From contig CM059432.1 of the NCBI GenBank assembly GCA_030390025.1, positions 85,686,001 to 85,750,000 on the forward strand: a stretch of 64,000 nt of DNA, given 5' to 3'. Below the pieces are notes generated by a model that was not told the origin of the DNA, ran no database searches, and was given only the letters and a program-made list of their open reading frames with translations. Position numbers and translations under genes: made by a program. Numbering within the stretch: position 1 is the stretch's first letter; each line of letters opens with the position of its first letter. This DNA is from Squalus acanthias (taxonomy: Eukaryota). Of the stretch, positions 11,600 through 25,099 are shown piece after piece.

Positions 11600-11860
11600 A
11601 GCCTTCAGCTTCCTCTGGGATCTTGACTAAATGATAATTACTAACACCTAAGGCTTGCTAGAGTTGACAGGTTATTTAACTACAGGGGCAACACAGCCAA
11701 CCTCACCCGAGGTTTGCTGGATGGTGGCAAGAAGCAGGAACTCTAGCTGATTTTTCTTTCCTTAACCCAGGGGCACTGAGGCAAATTAGTATCAAGCTGA
11801 GACCATCCACTGACTGGGAATTAAACCTGGGATCTTCCTACAAGCTGCAGTGTAGGGTTC
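11600..11860 (-). mobile_element. Degraded tRNA-derived SINE (second family)
   Basis: Minus-strand B-box-like CCCAGGTTTAATTCCCAG followed by a CCTCAGTGCCCCTGGG core. Boundaries approximate. Confidence 0.4.
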
Positions 11861-12535
11861 ATGGCTTTGAAGTTTGTGGTAGCCTCCAACCTGCCCGCTC
11901 CGTCCAAACGGGTGTACTTGGATGAAACAGCTCCATGAACCTGAGCCTCCTTGATGCACCATATCAGGGCCTAATGGAACCTTTGTGTCCCGGATGGCTC
12001 TGTTCATGGGGTGGATGCAATGCCAAGCTAGCTAGGCAGCTAATGCATCTGGTGACATTTACCCCACTCCATCATCATCCAGTAGGTGTGCTTACTTTTT
12101 CAGCAAGGGTCCTTCTCTCCGCCATCCTCGCATTGCTGAACACGAATACACGCAACAGGAGGAGCTGATCCGCCAGGATTACCACCGTCTCGGTTGGGGG
12201 AAAACCCCCTGCTGGAAACGACCAACTTCCAAACCTTTATTATATTCCAGTAGAAGACAGGCAGGGGGTTATTGTGGTGAAAGGGTGAAAACAGGAACTA
12301 ATTGGGTGCTGTGCTAATGAGACACGCTTGTTTAAAAGTCTGGTTTTAACACACAATTTTGGACCTAATTGCTGATTACCATAATTTGAACTTGCCTGGA
12401 AGTACTAAACCAGAAAGCTGCAGGTTTAGCACGCGAGCGCTGATTAGAAGCAATTTTTGTGGCGCAGTATATGTGAGCTCCACTTCTGAAGGTGTGGAGT
12501 TTGCTGGCTGACGCACAGCGGTACGTTTAACATAA

Positions 12536-12962
12536 TGTACATAAGAAATAGGAGCAGTTGTAGGCCAAATTTCAGTGAGATCATGGCTCTCTACTTTCCT
12601 GCACTATCCCCATATCCCTTGATTCCCTTAATATTCAAATATCTATCGATCTCCATCTTGAATATACTCAACAACTGAGCCTCCACAGCTCTCTCGGGTA
12701 GAGAATCCAAAGATTCACCACCCTCTGAGTGAGGAAATTTCTCCTCATCCTAGTCCTAAATGGCCAACCCCTTATTCTGAGACTGTGATCCTGGTTCTAG
12801 ACTCCCCAGCCAGGGGAAACATCCTCCTTACATCTACCCTGTCAAGCCCTGTAAGAATTGTGTATGTTTCAATGAGATCACCTCTCATTCTTCTGAACAC
12901 TAGAGAATATAGGCTTAGTCTACTCAATCTCTCCTCGTAGGACAATCCTCCTATCCCAGGAA
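12536..12962 (-). mobile_element. CR1 LINE 3' end
   Basis: GLSYEERLSRLSLYSLVFRRMRGDLIETY; 3' tail CCTATTTCTTATGT. Confidence 0.88.
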
Positions 12963-12964
12963 CA

Positions 12965-13932
12965 ATAAGAATAATAAAACCGGACGGACCACCTGGCATC
13001 AACCTCGGTACCGGCTTCGGATTTGACAACGGCACACCCAGCCCAGTCGACCCTGCGAAGTCCTCCTCACAGAATCATACCTTTCAGCCAATGTCCCAGA
13101 CTCCTCCATCACCATCCCTGGGGTATGTCCTGGCCCACCAGAGGAGGCGGCACAGTCAGGAGGGCGTGGCCCTGGGAGTTCTCAACATTGACTCCGGACC
13201 CCACGAAGTCTCATGGCTTCAGGTCAAGCATGGGCAACGTCCTGCTGATTACCACCTACCGCCCTCCCTCAGCTGATGAATACATGTTGAACACCACTTG
13301 GAAGAAGCACTGAGGGTAGCAAGGGCATAGAATGTACTCTGGGTGGGGGACTTCAATGTCCATCACCAAGAGTGGCTCGGTAGCACCACTACTGACCGAG
13401 CTAGCCAAGCTCTGAAGGACATAGCTGCCAGACTGGGCCTGCGGCAGGTGATGAGACAACCAACACAAGGGGAAAAACCTACTTGACCTTGTCCTCACCA
13501 ATCTACCTGTTGTAGATGCATCATTGACAGCATTGGTGGCAGTAACCACTGCACAGTCCTGTGGAGACGAAGACCTGTCTTCACACTGAGGACACCATCA
13601 TGTTGTGTGGCACTACCACCGTGCTAAATAGGATAGATTCAGAACAGATCTAGCAGCTCAAAACTGGGCATCCATGAGGCGCTGTGGGCCAGCAGCAGCA
13701 GCAGCAGCAGCAGAATTGTACTCCATCACAATCTGTAACCTCATGGCCCGGCATATCCCTCACTCTGCCATCAAGCCAGGGGACCAATCCTGGTTCAATG
13801 AGGAGTGCAGAAGAGCATGCCAGGAGCAGCACTAGGCATACATAAAAATGAGGTGACAACCTGGGGAAGTTGCAACACTGGACTACATGCATGCTAAACA
13901 GCGAAAGCAGCATGCTATAGACAGAGCTAAGC
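12965..13932 (+). mobile_element. Zenon-like LINE fragment (endonuclease region) with (CAG)8 at 13690-13713
   Basis: TTYRPPS, VGDFNVHHQEWLG, LLDLVLTN, PWFNEEC motifs. Its 3' end overlaps the sequence at 62210-62256 of the minus-strand copy. Confidence 0.8.
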
Positions 13933-14281
13933 TTTTTAAAGCTGCCCCAGTCCACTGGATTTCCACTTTTCCTTGCATTTGTGTAAGCCTTTTCCTCTAG
14001 CTTGGTACTGTCTCTTGCCTCATTTGTTGAGCGTGGTTGCTTATGTACACAAATGGAACCTTTGGCTATTAGCAGTATGCACTGCTTTTGTATCACACCA
14101 AATACTTGCTACTGGTTGCCTTTAGGATTACCTAATAAAGACCAGGGTAATAGGTCTTGTTGCCCATACTTGTGATTAAGATCATAGATTATTCATATTC
14201 TAGAGTATTTGCTAATTATCCAGTATTAATTGTTTTAGTCTAGATGCAGGAAATGGAATTATAACAATCTAATTTCTAAAT

Positions 14282-17200
14282 TCATAGAATCTTACAACAC
14301 AGAAGCAGGCCATTTGGCCAGTCACGCCTGTGCTGGCTCTTTAAAAGAGCAATCCAATTTAGTCCCAGACCCCAGCCTTTTCCCCATAATCCTGCAAATT
14401 AGTCCTCTTCAGGTTCGTGTCTAGTTGCCTTTTAAAAGTTCCTATGGAATCTGATTCCACCACCCTTTCAGGTAGTGCGTACCAGATATTAACAACCCTC
14501 TGTGTAAAGAAATTTCTCCTCATTTCCCCTTTAATTCTTTTTGCCAATTATTTTAAATCTATGATCTCTGGTTACGGATCTACTTGCCAGAGGAAATAGT
14601 TTCTCCCTACTTGCTCTGTCAAAACATTTTATAATTTTGACTACCTCTATTAGGTCTCCCCTTAACATTCTCTGCTCTAAGGAGAAGAATCCCATTTCTC
14701 CACATAACGGAACTCCCTTATCCCTGGTGCCATCCTAGGGCCTAACCAGAGATTTGTGAAGGTTTAGCATGACTGTCTTTCTTTTGTATTCAGTGGCCCT
14801 ATTTACAAAGCCAAGTATCCCATATGCTTTATTAACTGCCTTCTTAACTTGGCCTGCTACCTTCAAATATTTGTGAATATGCAGCCAGGTCCCTCTGTTC
14901 TTGCACCCCCTCAAAATAATACCATTTAGATTAAAATAAAATACTGCCTCACCATGTTGTTTCTCCCAAAGTGCATCACTTCAGACTTATCCACATTAAA
15001 TTGCATCTGCCATGTGTCTGCCCATTTTGCCAGTCTGTCTGTCCTCCTGAAGTCTGCTACTATTATGCTCAGTGTTTACTACGTTGCCAAGTTTTGTGTC
15101 ATCTGCAAACTTCGAAATTGTACTCCCTATACTCAAGTCCAGGTTATTTTATATATAACATGAAAAGCACTGGTCCTAATAGTGACCCCTGGGGGACCCT
15201 ACTGCATACTTCTCCGGTCAGAAAAACATCTATTCACCACTACTCTCTGCCTCCTTTCCCTTAGCCAATTTCATACTCGAGTTACCACCGTCCCTTTAAT
15301 ACTGTTAATATTTTCTAAATAAGTCCGTTATGAGGTACTTTATCAAATGCCTTTTGAAAGTCCATATATACGTCTACTGCACCTTCATCAACCCTCTTTT
15401 TTAACCCGTCAAAGATCTCAATCAGGTTAGTCAGACACAGTTTGCCTTTAACAAATCCGCGCTGGCTGTCCTTTATTGACCCATGCTTCAAGTGAGAATT
15501 AATTTTGTACTTGACAATGGTCTCTTGTAGTTTTCCCACCACTGACATTAGACTGATTGCCCTGTAGTTACCAGCTTTATCCCTCTCACCTTTATTGAAC
15601 AGGGGTGCAACATTTGCAATTCTCCAGTCCTCTGGCACCACTCCAATCTCCAAGGAGGATTGAAAGATTGTGGTCTGAGCTTCTACTATCTCCATCCTAG
15701 CTTCCCTCAGCAACCTAGGATGCAACCCATCTGGACCGGTGATTTGTTAACTCATTTATCACCTATCTATTTTTATGCTATCCAATATCTCTACTCTGCC
15801 CCCCACTCTGACATTAACTTCATCCTCTTCTTTTGTGAAAACAGATACAAAGTACTCATTCAGTACCTTCATCATGCCCTCTGCCACAAAAGCAGGTTTT
15901 CTTTTTTGCCCCGAATCAGCCCCACCATTCCTTTATCCTTTTTCTTTTTATATGTCTATATAAGATTTTTGGGATGTCCTTTGTTACCTGCGAACCCTTT
16001 ATCATACTCTCTGTTTGCCCTTCTTGTATCTTTTATCAATTTCCCCCTGCATGCTCTGTATTCTACCTGGGTTTTGATGGATTCTGTACCTGACATTTGT
16101 CAGAAACTTTTTTTTCTGTTTTATTTTAACCTCTATTTCCTTTGTCATCCAGGGAGCCTTAGCTTAGGATGTCCCATCTTTCCTCCTTATGGGAATATGC
16201 TTGGTCTGTACTCAAACTATCTCCGCCTTGAAGGCCTGCCATTGCTCATTTACTGTTGTCTTGGCCAATCTTTTTCCAGTTCACCTGTGCTAGATTCCTT
16301 CTCAAATCACTGATATTGTCTCTCTTCCATTTGGGTATTTTCACCGTTGACTTTTCCATAATTACTTTAAACCTAATTATATTATGATCACTATTACCTA
16401 GATGTTCTCCCACTGAAACACACTCCACTTGTCCTACTTCATTCCCCAGAACTAGATGCAGCACTGCTTCCTTCCTCATAGGGCTAGAAACAGACTGAGT
16501 AAGAAAGTTCTCTTGTACACATTTTAGGAATTCTTCGCCCTCCTTGCCCTTTACACTGTTTTTTCCCAGTCTATGTTAGGGTAATTGAAGACCCCTACTA
16601 TTACTGCTCTGTTTTTACATTTCTCTGAAATTTGCCTACAGATTTGCTCCTCTACTATAAACCCCGAATAGTGAGGAGATAAACACCCAGCAATGTAATA
16701 GCTCCTTTTCTGTTAACTCTAACCAAATAGATTCAGTCTTTCAACCCTCTAGCATAACATTCCTCTGTAGAACTGTAATATTATCCTTGATTAATACTGC
16801 TACCCCCTCCTTTCTTTTCCCCTTCCCTATCCCTCCTCAATACATTGTAGCCAGGAATGTTTAGTTCCCATTCATGCCCATGTTTAAACCAGGTCTCCAT
16901 TATAGCCACTATATCATAACCCCATGTGGCAAGTTGCACCTGTAGCTCATCAAACTTATTTGCAACACTCTGCACATTAACACACATGCATCCAACACCA
17001 TGCTAGTCTGCTTTGCTTTTGTTCTCCATTTACTTCCTGCTTTTGCTACACTATTTTGTTCTGTTGCTGTTTGACCCTCCTAGTTTTCTGTGCGCCTTGT
17101 TTCCCTCTCTGCTGCTGCATCCTGGTGCGCCCCCCCCCTTCCTGCAGCTAAATTAGTTTAAACCCTCCCCCACAGCACTAGTTAAACTCCCTGCAAGGAC

Positions 17201-18470
17201 ATTGGTCCCGGCCCTGTTCAGGTGCAACCCGTCTGGCTTGTACAGGTCCCTCCTGCCCCAGAGCTAGTCCCAATGCTCCATGAATCTGAAGTCCTCCCTC
17301 CTGCACCACTTCTCCAGCCATGCATTTGCCATGCATTCACCTGCACTATCTTCCTGTTTCTGTACTCACTAGCACGTGGCACTGGAAGTAATCCAGATTG
17401 CTACCTTTTGAGGTCCTGTTCTTTAATCATTTTTCCTAGCTTCTGAAACTCTGCCTGTAGGACCTCAACCCTTTTCCTACCCATGTCATTGGTTCTAATA
17501 TGGACGATGGCTTCTGGCTGATCCCTTTCCCCTCACGGAATGTCCTGCACCCATTCAGTGAGATCCTTTACCCTGGCACCAGGGAGGCAACATACCATTT
17601 GGGACTCGTGTCTGCGGTTGCAGAAACGCCTGTCTCTTCCTCTGACTATCGAATCCCCTATAACAACTGCAGTGCTGCACTTTCTTATACACACCCTGTG
17701 CGGCCTAGTCTCCCACAGTGCCGTGGATTTGCTTCTGACTGCACTCCCCCAAGGTGTCATTACCTTCACTGGTATTCAACGCTGCATACTGGTTTGAGAG
17801 TGCCACACTCCATGGGGATACCTGACACTGCCTGCCTTTTCCTCCTTGTCTGCCTGGTGGTCCCCCACTCTCTCTTCCCCCTGAACTCTCTGTAGCTACA
17901 GGGTGACCACATCCTGAAATGTACTATCCACAGAAGTCTCAGCTTCCCGTATGCACTATAGTGACACCAGCCACTGAGCTTGAGCAGTCGGTGACACTTC
18001 CTGCATTTGTGGTTTTCTAGAACAGAGTGTTCTGGAGTTCCCACATGGCACAGGATGTGCATATGACAGGCCTCCGCTATCCTGCCATGTCAGTTAACAG
18101 TTATTTTAAATTGTTTGTTTAGCTTTAAGGCTGTTTAACTAATACTAAAACTCTAACCACTGAAAACACTAACCAATAAACTAAATACTTAAACTAACTT
18201 AACACTAACCACCAAATACTTATCCTAAATACTCTGCACAATTGTGACGTCACTTCTTCAGTTTTCTCCATGTGGTTGTTTTGCGATGCTATTGCCGCTC
18301 CCGCCCTGTTTTTTATTGTCTCGGACCTCCCGCAATGCTCTCTGATTATTTATATATTTACTGTTGCCCCCTTGGCTTAAAGCATTTAGTACCTCCTTCT
18401 CCCTCTGCACTAAATCCCCGATGCCACTCTGTACAGCAAGCCACTCCGTTTATCAGATTCTCCTAGCTCT
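14282..18470 (-). mobile_element. Near full-length decayed CR1 LINE (ORF1 zinc-knuckle/esterase plus ORF2)
   Basis: ORF1 pieces HKCRKC and VIGDSIVRG...CCLPGARVKD; EN motif DIVAIMETW; RT motifs LCLTNL and YMDFQKAFDKV; 3' tail near 14285. Confidence 0.9.
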
Positions 18471-18999
18471 CTGTACGAATTGAAATAAGTTTCTGGTTGA
18501 AACATAAAATAAGCTTTAATGTAGTGGTTACAGAATTTAAAAGTATCTGTACGCTAACCCGAGGCTGTGGAAGGTGGTCCACTGACAGTGCTGGAAAGTT
18601 TTCAGTCATGGTTCCTTTTATTACCCCCTGGGGCTGCAGCTAGTGACCTTTACATGTAAATGGAAATCTAACAAAATTACTGCTGTGCCTTAAATTGATT
18701 CACAGTATGTGTGAGTTTATTGTAGCAAAATTTTGATCTTAATTTTTTTCAATAAATACCTCACTGCAGTACTTCAGGATTAAGAGTAGCATGCTGTTCT
18801 GATTCCAGCCTGGTTGTTCTGAGTAGGTGCCGAGCAAAAGGCTCCCTTCAGAGAGGATGGGGAAATTGGCAAATGTGTGAGCCCAACCTGTGTTTGCACT
18901 TATTAGTGGCTCTATTTTATTATTAAGAAATCGCGATGATGGCCAAGGTCTGTTCAGCGCATATCTAAGATTAAAAGAGAAGAATGGGATAGGGTCAAA

Positions 19000-19850
19000 T
19001 TCTTCAGCAATTGTTCTTCATATGACTTCCTCCATTTATCATCCAACTCTTTTGCTATGTGTGCTGATGGCCTCCATCTGTGCCTCCCTTGATATTCTCT
19101 GCCAAACCCATCATGGCACCCGTTGTTGTAGCACCTGGAGCAGTAACCCCAGGTGTCTCATTCTCCGTCAACCAGCTCGCTCTTTGGAGTTAACCTCTCT
19201 AATCTCGCTACATATCCCTAAACTCTTGCATTGCTCCCCACCTCCTGATCCCACCAGTGGATCATGAAGGACAGTCCCATAACCTTCCAGAATATTCACT
19301 CACTCATCAACAAGACTCTCACTAATCACAGCTTTGTTGTGGATGAATCTGTTGACATCCTAGCGCTGGCAATGATTGCTCCCTCACCAAAGTCTCCCTG
19401 CCTGCCTGTTCCATCACTTGTCCTGTCTAAACTGCTGCAGCTATGGCTTACCACTTATCATGTCCCACCTTGGCCTTTCTTCTTACTACTGTAGCACTTT
19501 CTCCTTTGAACACCTCTTCCATCCCTTCTGCGCTTCTCTCAGAATCATAGTCATCTCCAACCCCATGATAACTCTTCACTGAGATCTCCTCCCTTAGCTG
19601 CCGCACTGAGTGACTTGTCATGCTAGGTGATTTCAGCTTCATCTAAACTCCTCTAGACCTCCGCCCCCCAACTTTTCTGTCCTGACTTAGTTTCACCCTT
19701 TGCAGAAACTTTCCTACCCACATCCGTAGCTACTCCCTTGACCTCACTATCTCAAATAGCCTCTCTACCTGCAAAGCCTCAATCATTGATAATGCTGTCT
19801 GAGCACTTCCTGATGATCTTCCATCTCCACTATCCCTAATCTGTGGTCCT
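19000..19850 (+). mobile_element. Old L2-like LINE fragment (endonuclease region)
   Basis: QNIHSLINK...VDILAL and LGDF remnants; pyrimidine-rich L2-like composition. Confidence 0.5.
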
Positions 19851-20002
19851 GGAAAATGTATAATGGAGAACCGCCACACCTTCAGTTTGATTATTTTAAA
19901 AGTGCCTTCAGAAAAAAAAATCTTTAAAAAATGAATATATTAGGCAATTTACACAGACTTAGAATACAATAATTCTGACAAATATATATTTTTTTCCTTT
20001 AG

Positions 20003-20098
20003 GTTTTGTTCAGCGGCCGTCCATTACAGAGACTGACCAGGCAAAGAAGGTGCATATCTGCCAAATCCTGTCCCGAATTGTTGAAGGGAAAAATCTTG
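20003..20098 (+). CDS. TERF1: TERF1 exon 2
   Basis: TTTCCTTTAG acceptor. (G)FVQRPSITETDQAKKVHICQILSRIVEGKNL aligns with human ICQFLTRIAAGKTL. 96 nt, phase 1-1, donor GTTGGT. Confidence 0.92.
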
Positions 20099-20854
20099 GT
20101 TGGTAACTTATTTTTATTGTTATGTGGTTTATTTTCCCCCAACGCAAGGTTTAAATGGACTGAGATCCCAATCACTAGGGGCTACATGTATTTTTATCAA
20201 AATTATAGTAGTTAACAGTTATAGTTGTGTCTGTAGCTGCATGCTTGAAAGAAATGAATGCACAAAACATGTATATTTTACTCCTGTAATTTGATCAATT
20301 GCACCTCTGAGTCACTTTCAGACTATTAAAACACATTCTTGATAAACATGTTGCAACACAATTGGAGCAGAATATCTTGTTTTGAGTATTTTCATTTAAT
20401 TCTGTAATTCATGTTATACATATCTGCAGACACCTGACTGACATACATCTCTAAGCCTTTCCATGATAAAGCATATAATTGCTGAGTTAATGCCAAAAAA
20501 AAGTGCAAACATAACCATGGCAAATTGCAGACTGAATTTTAATAGCATGAAAATTTGTTATTCCAGTGCTAGGTTTCAGACCAGCACGAGTTCAGATAAT
20601 CAGTTGGGTGTAAACTGGTTTTAAATGTAAGTGGATTGACAGCAGTATAAACATGAGATACAATCTTTATTAACTTTGCTTTGTAAAAATTCTTGTAAAT
20701 TTGGAGTATGGGTTTTAACTACATACTGATCATAGTTGGCAATACAACAGGGATTTGTAAAAGTAAATGTAGAAATTCAATACAGCAGCAGACACAACAG
20801 TGGGTTATCCGAAGAGGATGTTTTCATTCACAAGTATGGAACTCCAGGAACAAT

Positions 20855-20951
20855 TACTCACCACCACCTTCTCAATGGCAACTAGGGATGGGTAATAAAA
20901 TTCTGGCCTTGCCAACCATGCCCACACCCCGTGAATGAATTTTTAAAAAAA
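20855..20951 (+). mobile_element. 3' tail fragment of the Zenon-like LINE
   Basis: CTCACCACCACCTTCTCAATGGCAACTAGGGATGGG...TGAATGAAT matches 4101-4190. Confidence 0.75.
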
Positions 20952-21248
20952 TGCAGCAATTTCATGAAACTCAGTGAGGTTGAGGGTGAGCTGCCTCTTT
21001 CGCAAGGCTAACAGCGGAGTGGCACAAATAGTCCAACAACTTGTGGCGATTCGCAATTCATGGGATATCTCTTCCTTGCCACAAGTTGCTGGATGATTTA
21101 CAGATTAATAATGCCATGCGCATTAAACTCTGTTATTTTGGCAGCAAAATCTCGGCCAATAACTTAAAAAGGCACCTATTGATAAATACGGTAATGCTAT
21201 TCACATAGCTTTTTTTAAGCCAGTGGTTGTTTTCATTTTGCACTTCAG

Positions 21249-21382
21249 ATGTCCAGTTTGACACAGATGAAAGTATAACCCCATTGGAATCTGCATTACT
21301 CGTTTTGATTGAAATGGCAGACAGCAAGGAACTAAAGAAAGATGCACTATATGTAGAACTGAAACAGTTGCTTCAAATTCAG
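21249..21382 (+). CDS. TERF1: TERF1 exon 3
   Basis: DVQFDTDESITPLESALLVLIEMADSKELKKDALYVELKQLLQIQ aligns with human DAQFENDERITPLESAL...LIKIQ. CAG acceptor, GTTAGT donor. Confidence 0.95.
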
Positions 21383-22478
21383 GTTAGTCCTGTGGTCCCA
21401 GTGACGATTATTATGAAGGGTATTTTGAGAAAACCTTAACGATGATCTTCTAATTGAAACATATGCTGTGCTAATTTAATTTAATGCTATAAATGCTGCT
21501 AACAGTTTTAAAGGAAAATGAATTCCATGTATACAATGTAAAACAGTTAACTTGACGCTCAGTCGGTGCTAAATTATTTAAAAGCTGGCTTTTAAACTGA
21601 GAAGTAGATCTAAATGCTCAATTGACGGAGTCTGCAGTTGATGCCATTTTTGTGCTTGCACAGATGTCCACCATATCTAAAGTGTTCCATGCTACTGTGG
21701 CAGAGTGTTGGTGTATAATATTTCCCGTAAATATTTAGGAGCTTTTAATAGGTACTGTTGCTAAATGCCACAAATAGAAAATTGTGCCACTAATTCTTTC
21801 TAACTCGCTCTGTGTCTGTATGTGCCCCTCTTTCATATCTATTCTCGTTGTCTGATTGTCTCCGACTCACTTTCTGTAAGTCTCCTGTTTATCTCCTGCT
21901 CTGTATGCACCTCATACACTTTCACTCTCACTTGCTCCCTTATTTATTCTCAAAGTATTTTACCTGTTCGCTGCCCCCAACCCCATTTAATTCTGTTTAT
22001 TCCTATCTGTGAACCAAAATGGCTTCTATGCTTCTGGGCATACTGGTTAATCCTTCGCTTGGGAAAAAAAATCAGTACTTGTATATAGCCTGCAATTACT
22101 GCTCATCCCCAGCCACGTGGAGCTGTTAATCTTTAGCATGTGTGTATCTCTCCCTTGTTCAGGTAATATTAACAATTCTCAGTACAGTTATCATTGCTAA
22201 AGGGCCAGGAGGAACCAGCAAATCTGCAGCACGAGACCACTCCTGGAGACCATTAATAAAACAGTGTGGACTTGAACAGAGTGCTTTGGTTGGGAATTTG
22301 GAAAGAGAGGGAAGGAGTTGTTGCTTTTTGCCTACACTACTTGTAGTGCTTGGTGTTACAGGTAGATATTTAATTTCAGTACCCTTAACTTAATCTAGAT
22401 CAAGTAAGTAGTCAGGAAACTACACTAAACTAAGTTACCTAATTACAAATTTAGTTAAATAAATCAAGGTCATATAGG

Positions 22479-24163
22479 GATGGCAGTGCAGGTGGTGTGC
22501 CGCAACTGCAGCATGTGGGAGTTTGTGGAGAGCATTGTGATCCTGGACAACCACGTTTGCAGTAAGTGCCTGCATCCTGAGGAACTCCAGCTCAGAGTTT
22601 TTGTGCTCGAGTCTGACTTGCAGACATTGCGGGGCATCCGGGATGAGGAGTGTTACCTGGACACTTTGATCTGGGAGGCAGTTGCACCCCTTAGGTTAGG
22701 TCGTGGTACAGGTCTGGTTCGTGGTACAGGTCTGGTTAGTGGTCAGGGACAGGAGGGTGTGACTGCAACTTAGGCAGGTATGAGATTCTTGCTGCCTGTG
22801 TGGTTGAGGAAAAAGCCTGTAGGATGGATGAGCAGGCTGACCATGGCACCGTGGTGCAGGAGGCCATTCAAGTGGGGGCAGTGAAAGAGGAATGTAGTTG
22901 TGGTAGGGGACAGTATAGTCGGGGATAGATATTGCTCTCTGCAGCCGCAACCGGGAGTTCCGTAGGTTGTGTTGCCTGCCCAGTGCCAGGGTTAAAGACA
23001 TCTCTTCGCAGCTGGAGAAGAACTTGGAGTGGGAGGGGGAGGATCCAGTTGTCGTGGTCGTGGTCCACATAAGAACTAACGACATAGGTAGAACTAGGAA
23101 TGAGGTTCTGCTGAGGGAGTTTGAGGAGCTAGGATCCAAATTAAAAAGCAGAACCTCAAAGGTGGTAATCTCTGGATTGTTACCTGAGCCACTCACAAAT
23201 TGGCATAGGGATAAACAGATTAGAGGTTTAAATGCGTGGCTGAGAGTGGTGTGGGAGGAAGGGGTTTTGGTTCATGGGGCACTGGCACCAGTACTGGGGA
23301 AAGAGGGAGCTGTTCCATTGGGACGGGCTCCACTTAAACTGGGCTGGGACCAGTGTCCTGGCGAACCGAATAACTAGGGCAGTAGACAGGGCTTTAAACT
23401 AATGAAGGGGGGTGGTGGGAGGATTCAGGAAAGAGTAAATTTAAAAGCAGCGAGAGAAATGTCAAGGCTCTAGCACAGAGTAGAGTGTTGGGTAAAAATA
23501 AGCAGAGTGGGTCAGGAAGGGACAGAGAGAGCAACAAAGGTGAGGCATCAGTGACCTCAGGGAAAAAGAGAAATAAGTTAAAGCTAAAGGCACTATATCT
23601 GAGTGCGCAAAGCATTCGCAACAAAATAGATGAATTAATAGCGCAGATAGAAATTAACAGGTTTGATCTAATAGCCATAACGGAGACGTGGTTGCAAAGT
23701 GGCCAAGGTTGGGAACTAAATATTCCAGGATACACTTTAGAAGGGATAGGCAAAATGGAAAAGGAGGAGGGGTAGCCCTGATAATAAATGATGGGATAAA
23801 GACAGTAGAGAGAAAGGATCTTGGCTCCAAAAATCAAGAAGTAGAATCAGTTTGGGTGGAGCTAAGAAACAGCAAGGGGCAGAAAACATTGATGGGAGTT
23901 GTTTATAGGCCCCCAAACAGTAGTTGTAATGTAGGGCAGAGTATAAATCAGGAAATTAGAGGCGCATATAACAAGGGTAATACAGTAATCACGAGGGACT
24001 TTAATCTCCATATAGACTGGGCAAACCAAATTTGCAGTAATAGTGTGGAAGACGAATTCATGGAATGTATGCAAGATAGTTTTCTAGATCAGTATGTTGA
24101 GGAACTAACTAGGGAACAGGCTATGTTAGATCTCGTATTGTGCAACGAGAAAGGGTTAATTAA
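22479..24163 (+). mobile_element. CR1 LINE 5' half (ORF1 plus endonuclease), 3'-truncated
   Basis: MAVQVVCRNCSMWE...HVCSKC, CCLPSARVKD, KVVISGLLP, DLIAITETWL, VYRPPN, LDLVLCNE. Confidence 0.9.
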
Positions 24164-24910
24164 CTGGCCAATCAACTCATTTGCTGTGCACAAATTGGCT
24201 GCTGTGTACAAATTGGCTGTCTGGGTTGGTTACATAACAGTAACTGCACTTGAAAAGTAATTCATTCCTTGCAAAATACTTGGGATGTCCTGAAGATGGG
24301 ACAAGCTGCTATATATATGTTTTTTATTTGTTTCCATGGAAGACTGAAAAAAACATTGCACACTTAACCAATGAGGAAGAAAGAAATTGACAGAAGTTCA
24401 CGACAGATGCAAAACATTTTATTTTATTGATGGATAAACAGGTGGAACATCTATGTGTTGTGCCTTGGCGCATTCAATTTCCCCCCACACTTCCAAATTC
24501 CCATCTCGTGCACTGCTGTGAGAGGGAATAATCTGTTAGAATCGGTCCTCATGCTGCTATTGTATGCTTCCTGGCGGTTGGCTTATAGTGGCATTGGAAG
24601 GAGCCTGTGAACAGATCGCCACCTACCTTTGCAGTCAGATGGCTCATGAGCTCAGGAAATTAGGAAGAAAATTGTGATTTTTATATCCAAGAAAAATAAG
24701 TGTGTGGCGGATGGGGAAAGTTCTATAACATCTTAAAAATGTGAGCATGGCTTCCACAGATTTACAAACCGGTGTTGTCTCTCCTTGAAGCATAGTCCTT
24801 TGAAGCCTAATCTGATATTTGAAGATAAGAGTTTGCCATTTCCCCAGCACTCCTAAGTGATTGACTTTTGCATAGAATATACAGGCCATGCAGCCCAACC
24901 AGTCCATGGC

Positions 24911-25099
24911 ACAAAAATGAGAAGTCGCACAACACCAGGTTATAGTCCAACAGTTTTATTTGAAATTACGAGCTTTCGGAGCGCTGCTCCTTCGTCAGGT
25001 ACAGCTCGTAATTTCAAATAAAACTGTTGGACTATAACCTGGTGTTGTGCGACTTCTCATTTTTGTCCACCCCAGTCCAACACTGGCATCTCCGCATCA
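24911..25099 (+). mobile_element. Short Penelope-like fold-back insertion, same family as 8330-9217
   Basis: 64-bp inverted arms (24911-24974, 25003-25066) and the same GTCCACCCCAGTCCAACAC.GGCATCTCCGCATCA tail. TSD (CA)GTCCATGGCAC at 24900-24912 and 25098-25110. Confidence 0.85.
24967..25001 (-). ncRNA. Minimal type I hammerhead ribozyme motif
   Basis: Minus strand reads TAC-CTGACGA-A-GGAGC-AGC-GCTCC-GAAA-GCT-C-GTA. Confidence 0.75.

Larger units (their letters stand above)
10950..11600 (+). promoter_or_regulatory. TERF1: CpG-rich promoter / first-exon region of TERF1
   Basis: Visible local CpG and GC enrichment around the start codon in otherwise CpG-poor DNA. TSS not determinable. Confidence 0.55.

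Noticed and set aside
11878..12240. Structured RNA or RTE-like 5' UTR in intron 1
   Set aside because: Looks repeat-derived, but I could not identify termini, a TSD or a ribozyme core with confidence.
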